A DNA stretch of 64,000 nt from Chiloscyllium plagiosum (taxonomy: Eukaryota). Position numbers and translations under genes: made by a program. The stretch covers positions 8,987,728 through 9,051,727 of the forward strand of contig NC_057754.1 of NCBI RefSeq assembly GCF_004010195.1. Direction: 5' to 3'. The notes beneath the pieces were generated by a model. That model worked only from the letters and a program-made list of their open reading frames with translations. It had not been told where the DNA came from and did not search any database. How positions within the stretch are numbered: position 1 is the first letter of the stretch; every line of letters begins with the position of its first letter. This document shows positions 1 to 13,563 of the stretch, one piece after another.

Positions 1-89
1 CTGTGTGTACGGATACCAGTGATAGTTGGTCATGTCTTTTGGTGGCTAATTGGCCACAAACGGAGCTGCATCAGGACATTATTTAAATG

Positions 90-423
90 TGGGCGGCACA
101 GTGGTTAGCACTGCTGCCTCTCAAGCGCCAGAGACCCGGGTTCAATTCCCGACTCCGGCGACTGACTGTGTGGAGTTTGCACATTCTCCCCGTGTCTGCG
201 TGGGTTTCCTCCGGGTGCTCCGGTTTCCTCCCACAGTCCAAAAATGTGCAGATTAGGTGAATTGGCCATGCTAAATTGCCCGTAGTATTAGGTGCAGGCG
301 TAAATGTAGGGGAATGGGTCTTGGTGGGTGCGCTTCAGCGGGTCGGTGTGGACTTGTTGGGCCGAAGGGCCTGTTTCCACACTGTAAGTATTCTAATCTT
401 CTAATCTAAAAAATTCTAATCTA
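90..423 (+). mobile_element. HE1-type tRNA-derived V-SINE
   Basis: Head GGCGGCACAGTGGTTAGCACTGCTGCCTC with B-box GGTTCAATTCCC, V-domain TGTGTGGAGTTTGCACATTCTCCCCGTGTCTGCGTGGGTTTCC, LINE-like tail ending in (TCTAA)n; about 12 paralogues in the window. Confidence 0.9.
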
Positions 424-429
424 AATGAG

Positions 430-1098
430 CCACAACACATTGCAGCACCCAAGAACTACGAGAAGCTGAATACAACATATTAGTAAGCACAGTCCGTTGA
501 TTCCTACACAACAGACCTAAATGAGAAGACATAACATGCCCAGAGACCCTAGCCACCCTGTCATACATCAAAGAAATCTCGGAGATGACCAGGGTAGGAC
601 CAGACTACTCCAGCCCCTAGGCATCATGGTTGCCCACAAATCTACCACTACACTGAAACAACTCCTGATGAATTTAAAGGACCCCATACCAACAACCAGC
701 AGAATGAACGTCATATACAAAATACCCTACAAGGACTGCAACAATCATGGCATTGGACAAACGGGCAGAAGGCTAGGCATCAGGATACATGTGCACCAAT
801 TAGCCACCAAAAGACATGACCAACTATCACTGGTATCCATACACACAGACGAAGCGGGACACCAGTTAGACTGGGACAATACATCCATCCTGGGACAGGC
901 TAAACAAAGACACGCATGCGAACTCCTAGAGGCCTGGCATTCAAACTAGAACTCGATTAACAAACATATCGATTTGGACCCCATTTACCAACCTCTCAGA
1001 AACAGAACCAGAAATGATATCACCCACCACAATAAACCGAGACAGATAAATAGCAAGTGGGGCAGAAGACCAATCCTTCACCGGAGGCTCACTGCTGA
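430..1098 (+). mobile_element. Penelope-like element fragment (GIY-YIG endonuclease region), family B
   Basis: ORF 521-949 NVIYKIPYKDCNNHGIGQTGRRLGIRIHVH...LLEAWHS is a GIY-YIG motif; the 3' part matches copies at 23412 and 31533. Confidence 0.85.
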
Positions 1099-1730
1099 GC
1101 CCATCCTTCCTATAATAGTGACCAGAACTGCACACATTACTCCAGAAGAGGTCTCATCAACGTCCTATACAACGTCAGCATGACGTCCCAACTCCTATAC
1201 TCAAAGATCTGAGCGATGAAGGCAAACGAGCTAAACATCTTCTTAACCACCCTGTCTACATATGACACAAATTTCAAAGAATTATGTACCTGAACCCATA
1301 GGTTTCTCTGTTCTACAACACTAACTAAAACCCATTCATTGTATAAGTCCTGTCTGTGTTTGTTTTACCAAAATCTAATACCTTACATTAATCTAAATTA
1401 AACTCCATTGACACTCCTCAGCTCATTGACCCAACTGATCAAAATTTCTTTGTAATCTTAAATAACCTTCTTCAATAGCCACTATACCGTCAATTTTGGT
1501 GTCATCTGCAAACTTACTACCCATGCCTCCTGTATTCTCATCTAAATCATTTAAATAAATGACAAAGAAATGTGTACCCAGTACCAATCCCTGTGGAACA
1601 CTGCTGGTCACAGGCCTCTAGTCTGAAAAACAACCCTCCGCCACCACTCTGTCTGCTGCCATAAAGCCAATTTTGTACCCTATTGGCAAGCTCACCCTGA
1701 ATCCCATGTGATTTAACCTTAATAATTCAT
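1099..1730 (-). mobile_element. CR1 LINE RT fragment
   Basis: SSVPQGLVLG...IYLNDLDE...SKFADDTKI. Confidence 0.85.
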
Positions 1731-1974
1731 TTTCCTTGGAGCAGAGGAGACATGATTGAGATGTATAAGGTTATAATGGGTGTAAGTAAGGCAGAAAGGA
1801 AGAAACGTTTCCCTTTGATGGAGGAATTAGTGACCAGGGCACAGACTTAGAGGAAATTTAGAGTATTGTGATTCAATTTGTCATTGTCACGTGCTGAGGA
1901 ACAGGGAAAAGTGTTGTCTTACGTGCTTTACAGACAGATCATACTATACAAGTGCAGAAAGAGATGGAGAAAGA

Positions 1975-3595
1975 TATGGAGAAAGACATGAAGACCTGGG
2001 AGTTTGTGGAGGTTAACGGTGATATCTTGGGGACAGTCCATATCACAATAGAGGAGGTGTTGGATGTGTTAGAATATATGAAGATAGATAAATCTCCTAG
2101 TCCTGACCAGATATATCCAAGAACACTGCAAGAGGCTAGAGAAGGAATTGCAGGGACCCTGGCTGATATTTCTGCATCATCGCTGGCCATGGGTAAGGTC
2201 CTGGAAGACTGGAGGGTAGCGAATGTTGTGCCCTTTCAAGAAGGAATCCAAAGAGAAACCTGGGAACTATAGACCAGTCAGCCTAACATCTGTGATAGAT
2301 AATTTACTTGAGAAGGTTCTGAGAGATAAGATATATATGCATTTGGAAAGACAGGGTTTGATTAGGAGCAGTCAGCATGGCTTTGTGCGTGGGAGATCAT
2401 ATCTCACAAGTTTGTTAGAGTTCGTTGATGAAGTGACCAGGAAGGTTGACGACGGCAGGGCAGTAGAAAAATTCTATATGTATTTCAGTAAGGCCTTTGA
2501 TAAGGTTCCATATGGTAAGCTGCTCTGGAATCCAGGAGGAGCTGGCAAATTGGATACACAATTGGCCTGATGGTAGGAAACAGACAGAAATAGTGTAAGG
2601 ATGCTTGGACTGGAAGCCTGTGACTAGTGAAGTGCCTCAGGGGTTGGTGCTGGGTGCATTACTGTTTGTTATCTATATCAATGATTTGGATTAGAATGTA
2701 CAAAGCATGATTAGTAAGTTTGCAGATGACACAAAAATAGACGGTATCATGGACAGTGAGGGGGTTTATCAGAAATTGCAGCAGGACTGTGGGGAAGTGG
2801 GCCAAGAAATGGCAAATGGTGTTTAATATAGGTAAGTATGAGATCTTGCATTTTGGAAAGTCAAATCAAGGTCGAAGTTTCATGGTGAATGGTAGGGCCA
2901 TTCGGTGTGTAGTGGAACAGAGGGACCTTGCAGTTCAGGTGCACAGTTCTCTGAAAGTGGAGTCACAAGTAGACAGGGCAGTGAAGAAGGCTTTTGGCAC
3001 ACTGGCCTTCATCAGTCAGGGCTTTGATTATAGAAGTTGGGAAGTTATGTTGCAGTTGTACAGGATATCAGTGAGACCGCACTTGGAGTATTATGTTCAG
3101 TAACTGGAAAGAGTGCAGAAGAAATTTATAAGGATATTCCCAGGATTCAATGGTCTGAGTTATAGGGAGAGGTTGGACAAGCTCGAACTTTTTACTTCAG
3201 AGGTTAGAAGACTGAGGGGGAATCTTATGGAAGTGTATAAGACAGTGAGAGGCATGGATAGGTGAGTGCACTCAGTCTTTTCCCAGGGTTGGGGAATCGA
3301 GAACGAGAGGGCATCAGTTTAAGGTGAGAGGGGAAAGAATAAAAGGGAACCTGAGGGGCAACTTTTTTACACAGAGGGTTGTACACATATGGAATGAGCT
3401 GCCAGCAGAAGTGGTTGAGGTGGGTACATTAACAACATTTAAAAGGCATTTGGACAAATACATGGATAGGAAATGATTAGAAGGATATGGGCCAAGTGCA
3501 GGGAAATGGGGTTAGTGTGGAAGGACATTTTCGTTGGCATTAACCAGTTTGGGCCGAAGGGCCTGTCTCCGTGCTGTGGGACTCTATGACTCCAT
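1975..3595 (+). mobile_element. CR1 LINE, 5'-truncated, frameshifted ORF2 to 3' tail
   Basis: DKSPSPDQIYPR, PGNYRPVSLTS, FSKAFDKVP, KFADDT, RPHLEY motifs; ends in CTATGACT tail. Confidence 0.92.
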
Positions 3596-4055
3596 GCATC
3601 AGAGGAACAGAATAGAGTGCAGGTTACAATGTTACAGCTGCCAAGAAGGTGCAGAGAGAGATCAACATTAACATGAAAGAGGTCCATTCAAAATTGTCAA
3701 CAGTGGGGAAGTAGCTGTTCTTAAATCTGTTCATACATATGTACAAACTTTTATATCTTTTGCGCAACACAAGAGAGTGGAAGAGAATATAACTGGGGTG
3801 GGAGGGATCTTTGGTTTTGTTGGCATCGTTCCCAAAGCAGCAGGAAGTATTGGTGGCATCAATAGATGGAAGGCTGGTTCCTGTGATTGACTGCACTGTG
3901 TTCATGACTCTCTGTAGTGTCTTTCAGTCTTGGTACGAGCAAATGCCATACGCTATAATGCATCCAGATAGGATGCTTTCTATAGTGCATCTATAAAGTA
4001 GAGGCATTGCTGTGTTTTCTTGACGGTAGTGTCAAGTGGGTGGACCAGGACAGAT
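3596..4055 (-). mobile_element. Rex1/Babar-type LINE 3' fragment (its tail continues at about 1870-1955, split by the CR1)
   Basis: KDPSHPSYILFHSL...RKRYKSL...RFKNSYFP C-terminal motif; same family as 31330-32430. Confidence 0.7.
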
Positions 4056-4924
4056 TTTTAATTTTGTTTCTTTACCCAGAGGAATCTGGAACTCTCTACC
4101 TATAAAGGCAGAAGAAGCAGAAACCCTCATAACATTTAAGACGTATTTAAGATGTCAAGGCTGTGGGCCAAGTGCTGGGAAATGGGATTAGAATAGTTCG
4201 GTGGATGTTTTCGATGTGATGGGTCAAAGGACCCTTTTTTTCTGGGCTGTAGATCTCTGATCCTAAGCTGGATTTCTCTCTGTAATCTGACTTGCCCAGT
4301 AATAACATCAGTTGGGATCATAACAATGAATGTTTCAGTTTAACCATTACAGTCAAATATTTGAGAAAATTAACCCTTGTCATTCAGTTCATTTCACTGG
4401 GGTTAATGTAAATTTGTTATTTTTGAGATTATCATTCTGCACAGGGAGCATAACAACATAGGTATTTCTGGTGTTGCCAGATGATTTATTGTCCTGCCTG
4501 GTAACTGTGGGGGGAATGAGTTTCAGTTCGTGGCATAGTGCCACCAGTATTAGGGTAGAGGGGGAGTTTCGGTATTTCACTTCTACCATGCTTGGATTAT
4601 AGTATTGGATAATTGAATAACTAGGATGGAGTGGGCTTTAACTAACTGGGTGGTGGGTATTGAGGGGGGTGGATGTTGTGAATAGTTGGAAGAGGCTTAC
4701 AGGGTGGGAGGATACAGCAGTATTACAGGGAATCTATTGGATTATACCCAGAATGGGACAGAAAAGCATGGAGGTTACAAGTAGAAATATAGCAGGAAAT
4801 TGGGTTAAAGGTGGAAAAATGTTGAAAAGACAAATTTAGAGTTGAATATCCTTTATGTGAATGCATGTATTATTTGGAATGAAATGGATAAACTAATAGG
4901 ACAACAATAGACATGGTTACAAAG

Positions 4925-5228
4925 GGTTGGCATGGTGATTCAGTGCTTAGCACTGCTGCCTCACAGCACCAGGGACCTGGGTTTGATTCCAGCCAGAGGC
5001 AACCATGTGTGGAGTTTGCACATTCTCCCTGTATCTGTGTGGCTCCCCTCCAGGTGCTCTGGTTTCCTCCCATAGTCCAAAGATGTGCATTCTAAGTGGA
5101 TTAGCCATGGGGGGTGCAGGATTACAGGAAAGGGGATCTGGTCTAGTTGGGATGCTCCCCGGAAAGTTGGTGTGGAGTCGATGGGCCGAATGGCTTGTAT
5201 CCACACTGCAGGGATTCTATGATTCTAA
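4925..5228 (+). mobile_element. HE1-type SINE
   Basis: Similar to 90-423. Confidence 0.85.
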
Positions 5229-5374
5229 AAAGATCAAAGCTGGAAACTAAATATTCAGAGGAATGAGACTTTTGAAAAGGACAGCAGAAAGGAAAATGTG
5301 GAGAGCTTTTAGTACCGTTTAGAATAAGTATGATAGCAAGAAATGATCTTGGATTGGAAAGTGTAGAATCCTTA

Positions 5375-5540
5375 TGAATCATTGAATCCTTACAGTGCAG
5401 AAACATGCCACTCAGCTCATCGAATTTGCACTGACCCTCCCACCCAGACCAAACCCCACATCCTATCCCATATGGCTAACCCACCTCACCTGCACATTCC
5501 TGGACACTATAGGGCAACGTAGCACAGCCAACCAATCAAA
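5375..5540 (-). mobile_element. HE1-type SINE 3' fragment
   Basis: Reverse-complement tail and CACCTGCACAT segment. Confidence 0.6.
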
Positions 5541-6019
5541 GCTGCATTTAGAAATACATGATATACTCAAGCAGAATGCACATGGCTTCTAACCAGGGAT
5601 CAGACTATTTTGGATCTAGTAATGAGGCAGGTTTAATAAATTATTAAAAGATCCACTGGGAAACAGTGATCAAAGCATAATTTAGCATTCAGTTTGACTG
5701 CAAGGAATTTGGGTCAGAAACAACTGTGCTGAACTTAAATATGGCTAATTACAAAGGAATGAGGATTTGTAGACCAAGTTAGAGTGGATTAGGAGGGAGT
5801 TTAGTAGTGAAGAAGGTTGAGGAAAAATAGCAGATTTTTAAGAAAGTAGTTAATGGCTCAAAAATGTGTATTTCAATGAGAAAAGATAATTCTAGGAAAG
5901 GGATAAGCCAACTATGATTAACCAAGAAAGTTAAGCTTAGCATCAAATTTAAAAAAATAATAATACAATGTGATAATGATAAAGAAACATTTAAAAAGGC
6001 CATAAGATATAGAAGCAGA

Positions 6020-7745
6020 ATTAGAGCAAAATGAGTAAAGATTTGGATCAAAGATAGTAGTGGAAAGTTGTGTGTGGAATCTGAGGACATAGGGGAAGTT
6101 CTTAATGAATACTTTTTGTCAGTATTCACATTGGAAGAGGGCAATGTTAGTGAGAGTGCAGAGATACAGGCTACAAGATTAGATGGGATTGAGGTTGACA
6201 AAGAGGAGGTTTCAGCAATTTTGGAAGATATGAAAATAGATAAAACTCCAGGCCCTGTGGGATTTATCCTCAGATTGTCTGGGAAGCCAGGGAGGAGATT
6301 GCAGAGCCTTCAACCTTTATGTCATCATTGTCGACAGGAGTAGTGCCAGAAGACTGTTGTTCCCACAAATGTTGTTCCCTTGTTTAAAAAGGGGAGTCGG
6401 GACAACCCTGGTGATTATTGGCCAGTGAGTCTTACTTTGGTTGTGGGTAAGGTGTTGGAAAATGTCATAAGAGATAGGATTTATAATCATCTGGAAAGGA
6501 ATAAATTGATTAGGAAGTGTCAACACGGTTTGTGAACCGTAGGTCACGCCTCACTAACCTTATTCAGTTCTTCGAGAAGGTGATAAAACAGGTGGATGAA
6601 GGTAAGTTAGTTGATGTGGTGTATATGGACTTCAGTCAGGCAATTGCACAAAATAAGGAGTTTCAGATTGAAGGTGATTTAGCAGTTTGGATCAGAAATT
6701 GTTTAGCTGAAAGAAGACAAAGGGTGGTGGTTGATGGGAAATGTTCATCCTGGCACTCAGTTACTAGTGGTGTGCCACAACTATCTGTTTTGGGGCCACT
6801 GCTGTTTGTCATTTTTATAAATGATCTGGATGAGGGTGTAGAACGATGGGTTAGCAAATTTGCCGATAACACTAAGGTAGACAGAGTTGTGGATAGTGCC
6901 GAAGGATGTTGTGGGTTACAGCGGGACGTAAATAAGATGCAGAGCTGGGTTGAGAAGTGGCAAATGGAGTTTAATGCGGAAATGTGTGAGGTAGTTCACT
7001 TCAGAAGGAGTAACAGGAATGCAGAGTACTGGGCTAATGGTAAAATTCTTGGCAGTGTAGATGAACAGAGAGCTTTCGGTATCCAGGTGCATAAATCCCT
7101 GAAAGATGCCACCCAGGTTGATAGGGTTGTTAAGAAGGCATATGGTGTGTTGGCATTTATTGATGGGGGATTGAGTTTCGGAGCCAAGAAGTCATGCTTC
7201 AGCTGTACAAGACGCTGATATGGCCGTACCTTGAGTATTGCATGCAGTTCTGGTCACCGCATTATAGGAAGGACGTGGAAGCTTGGAAAGGGTTCAGAAA
7301 TGTACTCGGATGTTGCCTGGGATGGAAGGAAGGTTTTACGAGGGAAGCCTGAGGGAATTGAGGCTGTTTTCATTGGAGAGAAGGTTGAGAGGTGACTTAA
7401 TCGAGACGTATAGATAATCAGAGGATTAGATAGCGTGGAAAATGAGAGCCTTTTTCCTTGGATGGAGGCTTGTACGAGGGTATATAGCTTCAAATTGAGG
7501 GGTGATAGATTTAGGACAGATATCAGGGATAGTTTATTTTCTCAGAGAGTAGTAGGGATGTGGAATGGCCTGCTTGCAACAGTAGTAGACTCGCTGACGT
7601 TAAGGGCATTTAAATGGGCATTGGACATACATATGGATAATAATGGAACGGTGTAGGTTAGATGGGCATCGGACTAATTTCGCAGGTCAGCGCAACATTG
7701 AGGGCCAAAGGTCCTGTACTGCGCTGTAACGTTCAATGTTCTAAT
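6020..7745 (+). mobile_element. CR1 LINE ORF2 (RT) to 3' tail, degenerate
   Basis: ORF 6517-7218 DVVYMDFS...SGVPQLSVLGPLLFVIFINDLD...SKFADNTK; flanking frameshifted ORFs. Confidence 0.92.
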
Positions 7746-7749
7746 TCAG

Positions 7750-8610
7750 CTATTTCGTCCATTATGACTGCTTCACCATTCTATCATGGCTGATATGTTT
7801 CTCAAACCATTTCTCCTGCCTACCCCCTGTAACCTTTGATCCCCTTACTAATCAGAACCTATCTATCCCTATCTTAAAGACACTCAGTAATTTGGCTTCC
7901 ACAGCCTTCTGCAGCAACGAGTTCTGCAGAGTCACTACCCTCTGGCTGAAGAAATTGCTCCTCATCTCAGTTCTGGTCCCTTCACTCTGAGGCAATGTGT
8001 TTGAGTCCTAGTCACACAACACAGAAACAGACCCTTCTGTCCAACATGTCCATGCTGACCTAGTCCTATTCACCAGCATTTGGCCCATATCCCTCTAAAC
8101 TCTTCCTATTCATATATCCATTAAAATGCCTTTTAAATGCTGTAATTATACCAACCTCCACCACTTCCTCTGACCGCTCATCCCATTCAAGCACCACTCT
8201 CTGCATGACAAGGTTACCTCACAGGTTCTTTTTAAAAATCTTTCCCTTCTCACATTAAATCTATGGCCTTTAGCTTTGGACTCCCCTATCCTGGGAAAAA
8301 ATACCTTGGCTATTCACCCTATCCAAGTCCCTTATGATTTTTTAAACCTCTATAAGGTCACCCTTCAGCCTCTTTCCTACTGATGGAAACATCCTCATGT
8401 CCACCCTATTTAGGCCTCTCAGTATTCTGCAGGTAATGACATTCCCCCTTCATCCTTCTAAACTCCGAATACAGATCGAGGGTCCTCAACCCCTCCTCAT
8501 ATGACAAGCCCTTCATTCCCGGGATCATTCATGTAAATGTCCTCTGGACCCCCTCCAAGGCCAGGTACATCCTTCCTTTGATTTCACGTCCAAAACTGCT
8601 CAAGATATTG
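7750..8610 (-). mobile_element. Nested CR1 3' fragments
   Basis: Reverse-complement CR1 tails; 8015-8370 is a second subfamily inserted in the first. Confidence 0.7.
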
Positions 8611-8779
8611 TATACTGCACTATTTAATTAGAATGCCCTCAATCTTACATTAACCAACCCCTTCTCATTGTTGTCCCTTGTCTGCTGTGCATGAAATTAG
8701 CTTCCTGACTGTTACCAAACTCTCTGTCCTATCACTTGTTCTGGAAATTTTAATAATCTCTCCCAAGCTCTCCTCCATT

Positions 8780-9000
8780 GAACTTTTTCCATAATTTTTG
8801 GAGCAACTGAAAGCCACGCCTCAACTATTTATTTTAAAGCCCTATCTCCAGCCCTGGTTAAGTGATTCACCAGGACTCTGGTCTCAGCATGAATTAGGTG
8901 GAGCCCATCCCATTGAGACTGATCCCTCCTTCCCTAGGACTGGTACCAAAGTCCCATGAATTTGAACCCATTTCTCAAACCAGACCTTGAGCCGCAAAGC
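8780..9000 (-). mobile_element. CR1 ORF1 (SGNH esterase-like) remnant
   Basis: Translates across stops as GFKFMGLWYQS...WDGLHL..., typical of the esterase C-terminus of CR1 ORF1. Confidence 0.55.
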
Positions 9001-9007
9001 TCAAATT

Positions 9008-9310
9008 GGGCAACATGGTGGTTCAGCACTGTTGCCTCACAGTGCCAGGGACCTGGGTTCAATTCCAGCCTTGGTTGATTGTTTGTGTGACGTTGGCACA
9101 TGCTCCCAATGTCTGTGTAAGTTTCCTCTGGGTGCTCCGTTTTCCTCCCACAATCCAAAGATGTGCAGGGGATGGATTGCCCATGCTAAATTGCCTCATA
9201 GTTAGCCATGGGAAATGCGGGGTCCCAGAATAGGGTGGCGGGATGTTCTTTGGAGTGGATTGGATGGGCTGAATGGCCTGCTTCCACACTGTAGGTATTC
9301 TATAATTCAA
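9008..9310 (+). mobile_element. HE1-type SINE
   Basis: Similar to 90-423. Confidence 0.8.
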
Positions 9311-9314
9311 AACC

Positions 9315-10695
9315 AACCAATTATGACCAGAAAAGAAGGGAGAAAATAAACTGAGGGTAAACTTGCCAGAAATATTATGATGTTCAGTAAGACCTTCTTT
9401 AAACATATAACAAAGAAGAGAGAGGCCAAAGTGAATATAGAGAACCGAGGCTGGGGAAATAATGGGGAACAAGGAAATGACAGAGGAGTTGAATAAACAC
9501 AGGAGAGGATAACAATCCTAAATATTTCTTTGACCAAACAAGAAATACACACTAACTACCACTCCATAAACGTCTCTTGGGAAACTAATGGGACTGTCCA
9601 ATAAATCCCCTGAACCTCATGGGATGCATCTTACAACGTTAAAAGAAGTAGCTGCCGAAATAACAGATGCACCAAAATCCTTGGATTCTAGAAAAGTGCC
9701 AGAGGATTGGAAAACTGCCAATGCAAGACCTTTATTCAAAAAGGACGGAGACAAAAGAAAAATAAGGTAACTGTAGGCCAGTGAGCTTAACATTTGCTTT
9801 TAGAGCAATGTTCAAATCTATTATAAAGGATATTATAATTAGTTAGAAACTCACAATATAATCAAGCACTGGGCATGGCTTCTTGAAGGGGAAACCATGA
9901 CTCATAAATTTATTAGTATTTTTGAAGAGGTAACAAGCAGGATAGATAAAGGAAACCAGTGGATGTAATATGTTAGTCTTGTGAGAAGAGGTTGAGCTGG
10001 TTGTGCCTGTACTGACTGGCACTTAGAAGAGGGTTGTATCCACTTTCACCCAAGAGTATTCACCACGGTAGTAATAAATGTCAACCATAGTTGAAAAATT
10101 ATAACAAGCTTGGAAACAAAAATGAAAAGAATGTAAGTAAACCATATATTTGTACATGTCAAAAAAGTGTAAAGCCAACTAGGTTGTTTTGTTAACTTTT
10201 CTTAAATTGGCTTTTTTATTTCATATGCACATACATAGAATTTTTTTTAAAATTGGAGGTGAATATGTGCAGTCATCAATTCTGAATGGCGTCAGCAAAC
10301 ACTTCATTAGATCCATGAGAGGCAATCTTATTGAAATAGACAATATACCTAGAAGGCTGGACAGGGTGGGTATGGGAAAGTAGTTTCCCTTGTGGGAGAG
10401 TTGAGGACTAGGGGACATAATAGGGCATCATGTATTTAAGAAAGAGGAGGAACTTCTTCTCAGAGCTTGGTGCATCTGTGGAACTCTTTACTGCAGAGGG
10501 CTATTGAGGCTGGGTCATTAAGTATATTCAAGGCTGAGATGCACAGATTTTTAATCAGTAAGGGAATCGAGGGTTAAGGGGAGGAAAGTGGAGGCAGGAA
10601 AATGGAGTGCAGGATTATCAGATTACCCTGATTACACTTGATGGTCCCAGATTTGATGATCCCACTTCAGCTTCTGTGTCTCATTGGTCTTAACT
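9315..10695 (+). mobile_element. Old CR1 fragments (interrupted)
   Basis: KSPEPHGMHL...VPEDWKTANARPLFKK; CR1 tail at 10310-10695. Confidence 0.65.
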
Positions 10696-11026
10696 ACATT
10701 TTAGACTACACATGGAGTACTATCTATATTTGTAAGAGCCGCACTGAAAAAAAGAAAACAGGCATTGAAGAAGGTGCAACACTGATTCGCGTTAATTGAG
10801 TGCTTTAACATGCAACTCAAAAAAAGTTGAATAGACTGGGACATATGTCTCGAGAAAAGAGAAGATTGACAGGTGACTTGATGGCAGTCTTTAAGATTAT
10901 AAACGAGTACAGTAGGAAATTTGAGAGAAAAAGTCTCTTTCACAGTGAGTGGTGTGAATGTGGATATTGCTGATCAGCCAGTAGTGACGTTGAATAAAAT
11001 TAGCACATTTTAGCTGAAGCTAAATA

Positions 11027-11211
11027 CAGGTCATTCCGGTATAATGCACGTTGCATCAGCACGAATTGGCTATAATGCAATCAACGAATTGTGGATGCTG
11101 TTTGAGCGGATATAATGATTTTCTATAGCAATCTTCTACAATGTGATTTTCTGTAACGTGATCTTCTACAGCATGAGGAACGCAACTGTCACATTATACC
11201 AGAACACCCTG
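11027..11211. mobile_element. Tc1/mariner (Tigger/pogo-like) MITE
   Basis: TA|CAGGTCATTCCGGTATAATG ... CATTATACCAGAACACCCTG|TA: imperfect 20-bp TIRs with TA target duplication. Confidence 0.75.
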
Positions 11212-11619
11212 TACATACATGAGGGAGAAAGGAATAGATAGATATGCTGATATGAGTGTGTGCCTGGAGACTCAGGTGGAACATAAATACTGACATAGAC
11301 CAAAGGAGCTGACTAGACTGGCCTGACCCCAAATTGCAGAGTCAATAACTCAGGGACAAAAGTCTATATTTACTTGTAGAGGTTGCAAAAACACTATTTT
11401 ATCTCCAGGACAAAATGCATGTAGTTCTTCAGCTTTTGCGAATCAGTTCAGTGGAAATGTGCACCGCCAACTCAAATAGCCCCAGTAGAAGTAAAGCAGT
11501 GAGACCAATCAGTCCAGCTGAAGGAAATCCTTTGAGTCTCTCACTTCACTCACTGTCAGAATGAACATGGTTCAATCCTAGATGTGATTAGCAGCTTCAA
11601 CAGAATCCACTCCCTGTAA

Positions 11620-12546
11620 TCATTCGTGAACTCGCTGGTGTCTCAGCAGGCTAGATAAATGAGAGAATCCGTTCCCACACTCAGAGCAGGTAAACAGTTT
11701 CTCCCTGGTGTGAACTCGCCAGTGTCTCTGCAGACTGGTTGATTGACTGAATCCCTTCCCACAAACAGAGCAGATGAATGGCCTCTCCCCAGTGTGAATT
11801 CGCTGATGAGTCAGCAGAGTGGATGAATCTCTGAATGCCTTCCCACACTCAGAGCAGATAGATGGCCTCTCCCCAGTGTGAACTCGCTGGTGCATCACCA
11901 AGTTGCAGGACTGAATGAACCCCTTTCCACACACTGGGCAGGTGAATGGCCTCTTCCCACTGTGCACAAGCTGGTGTGTCAGCAGGTGAGCCAACTGAGT
12001 GAATCCCTTCCCACATTCAGAACATGTGAACGGTCTCTCCCCAGTGTGAACCCGCTGGTGTGTCAGCAGATTGGATGACTGAGTAAATCCCTTCCCACAC
12101 TCAGAGCATATGAATGGCCTCTCTCCAGTGTGAATATGCTGGTGAGTCAGCAGGGCAGATGAGTCACTGAATCCCTTCCCACACTCACAGCAAGTGAATG
12201 GTCTCTCCCCAGTGTGAATCCGCTGATGCATCAGCAAGTTGGATGACTGAGTGAATGCCTTCCCACACTCAGAGCAGATGAATGGCCTTTCTCCAGTGTG
12301 AACCCTCTGGTGTGTCAGCAGGTGAGATGAATTACTAAATCTCTTCCCACACTCAGAACATGTGAATGGTCTCTCCCCAGTGTGAACTTGCCTGTGTTTC
12401 AGAAGGGAAGATGACTGAGTGAATGCTTTTCCACACTCAGAGCAGGTGAATGGCCTTTCCCCAGTGTGACTGCGTTGATGAGTTTCCAGTGCAGATGGTG
12501 TAGAAAATCCCTTCCCACAGACTCTACATTTCCATGGTTTCTCCAT
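11620..12546 (-). CDS. C2H2 zinc-finger protein, 11 tandem fingers (ZNF-A)
   Basis: Uninterrupted ORF MEKPWKC... with 11 CxxC-x12-HxxxH fingers and TGERPF linkers; ATG at 12546 in ACTATGG context; upstream acceptor CTTTCACAG at 12931. Confidence 0.92.
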   Translation of the reverse strand: MEKPWKCRVCGKGFSTPSALETHQRSHTGERPFTCSECGKAFTQSSSLLKHRQVHTGERPFTCSECGKRFSNSSHLLTHQRVHTGERPFICSECGKAFTQSSNLLMHQRIHTGERPFTCCECGKGFSDSSALLTHQHIHTGERPFICSECGKGFTQSSNLLTHQRVHTGERPFTCSECGKGFTQLAHLLTHQLVHSGKRPFTCPVCGKGFIQSCNLVMHQRVHTGERPSICSECGKAFRDSSTLLTHQRIHTGERPFICSVCGKGFSQSTSLQRHWRVHTREKLFTCSECGNGFSHLSSLLRHQRVHE

Positions 12547-12930
12547 AGTGTGGATGTCCTTAAGTCTTTGAATCTCTCTGGCTTGGACAGAAGCCAATTA
12601 AAGCCTTGTTCACACAGAACACTTGTTCAGTCAATTATGTGAATAGTACAATGTTTTCTCCAAGATGCGTAATTGGTTAAAGCTTTTCCCACAATTAGTT
12701 CATTGGAACACTCTCAATCATGCTGTGTAACTGGTTAAAGCAGTGCACTGGAATACTTTAACTCAGGTGTCGTGCTGTCCCAGTCCTGCTGATGTTTAAT
12801 CAGACAAAACAGATTCAATAATTGTTTTTCAAATTACAGGCTTGATTATATTCAGATCCTGATGAATTCTGTCAGTCCTCATGATGTTTGGTTTGAGTTT
12901 CCTGTCTGAAAACTGTTCCCTTCTGATGAC
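12547..12930 (-). other. 5' part of ZNF-A exon: decayed zinc-finger relic, probably 5' UTR
   Basis: Reads RVFQ*TNCGKSFNQL... with stops and frameshifts; homologous to 27748-28097 and 37739-38094. Confidence 0.65.
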
Positions 12931-13275
12931 CTGTGAAAGGTATTACAAAGGTAAGTACTTTAAATAGAGAGTAGCAATGTGGAAGTGACACATCTTGATT
13001 CTGTGGAACATTTTTTTCTCTTTGTTTCCCCCAAAGCTATAATTCTCCACATGAAACAGTCTGCCTTAATTCTCATTCTGCCATGACTGATATAGAGGTA
13101 TACCTTCACAATTCACCGACACAACTGGCTCATGCTGACTAACAAATTCATTCTTACCATTTCACCTCTCGGACTCAGACCTGAATATTTTTCATGTAGG
13201 CTGCTAGCCATATATTTTCACTTTTAATGGACAAAACATACACATAATTGACAGGACTGAAATGCTTGATCAAAT

Positions 13276-13563
13276 TAGATTAGATTAGATTAGATTGCTT
13301 ACAGTGTGGAAACAGGCCCTTCGGCCCAACAAGTCCACACCGCCCCGCCGAAGCGCAACCCACCCATACCCCTACATTTACCCCTTACCTAACACTAGGG
13401 GCAATTTAGCATGGTCAATTCACCTAACCTGCACATCTTTGGACTGTGGGAGGAAACCGGAGCACCCGGAGGAAACCCACGCAGACACGGGGAGAACGTG
13501 CAAACTCCACCTCAGTCAGTCGCCTGAGGCGGGAACTGTAACCACTGTGCCACCGTGCCGCCC
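13276..13563 (-). mobile_element. HE1-type SINE (young, internal deletion)
   Basis: (TAGAT)n tail, CpGs retained. Confidence 0.9.

Noticed and set aside
90..160. tRNA-like A and B boxes here and in other copies
   Set aside because: SINE heads without a complete cloverleaf; not tRNA genes.
10031..10180. Weak inverted repeat GTTGTATCCACTTT / AAAGTGTAAAGCCAAC
   Set aside because: Too short and mismatched to distinguish from chance.
11620..12546. 84-bp periodic repeat with variable spacers resembling a CRISPR array
   Set aside because: It is the 28-codon C2H2 finger repeat; eukaryotic context and no cas genes.
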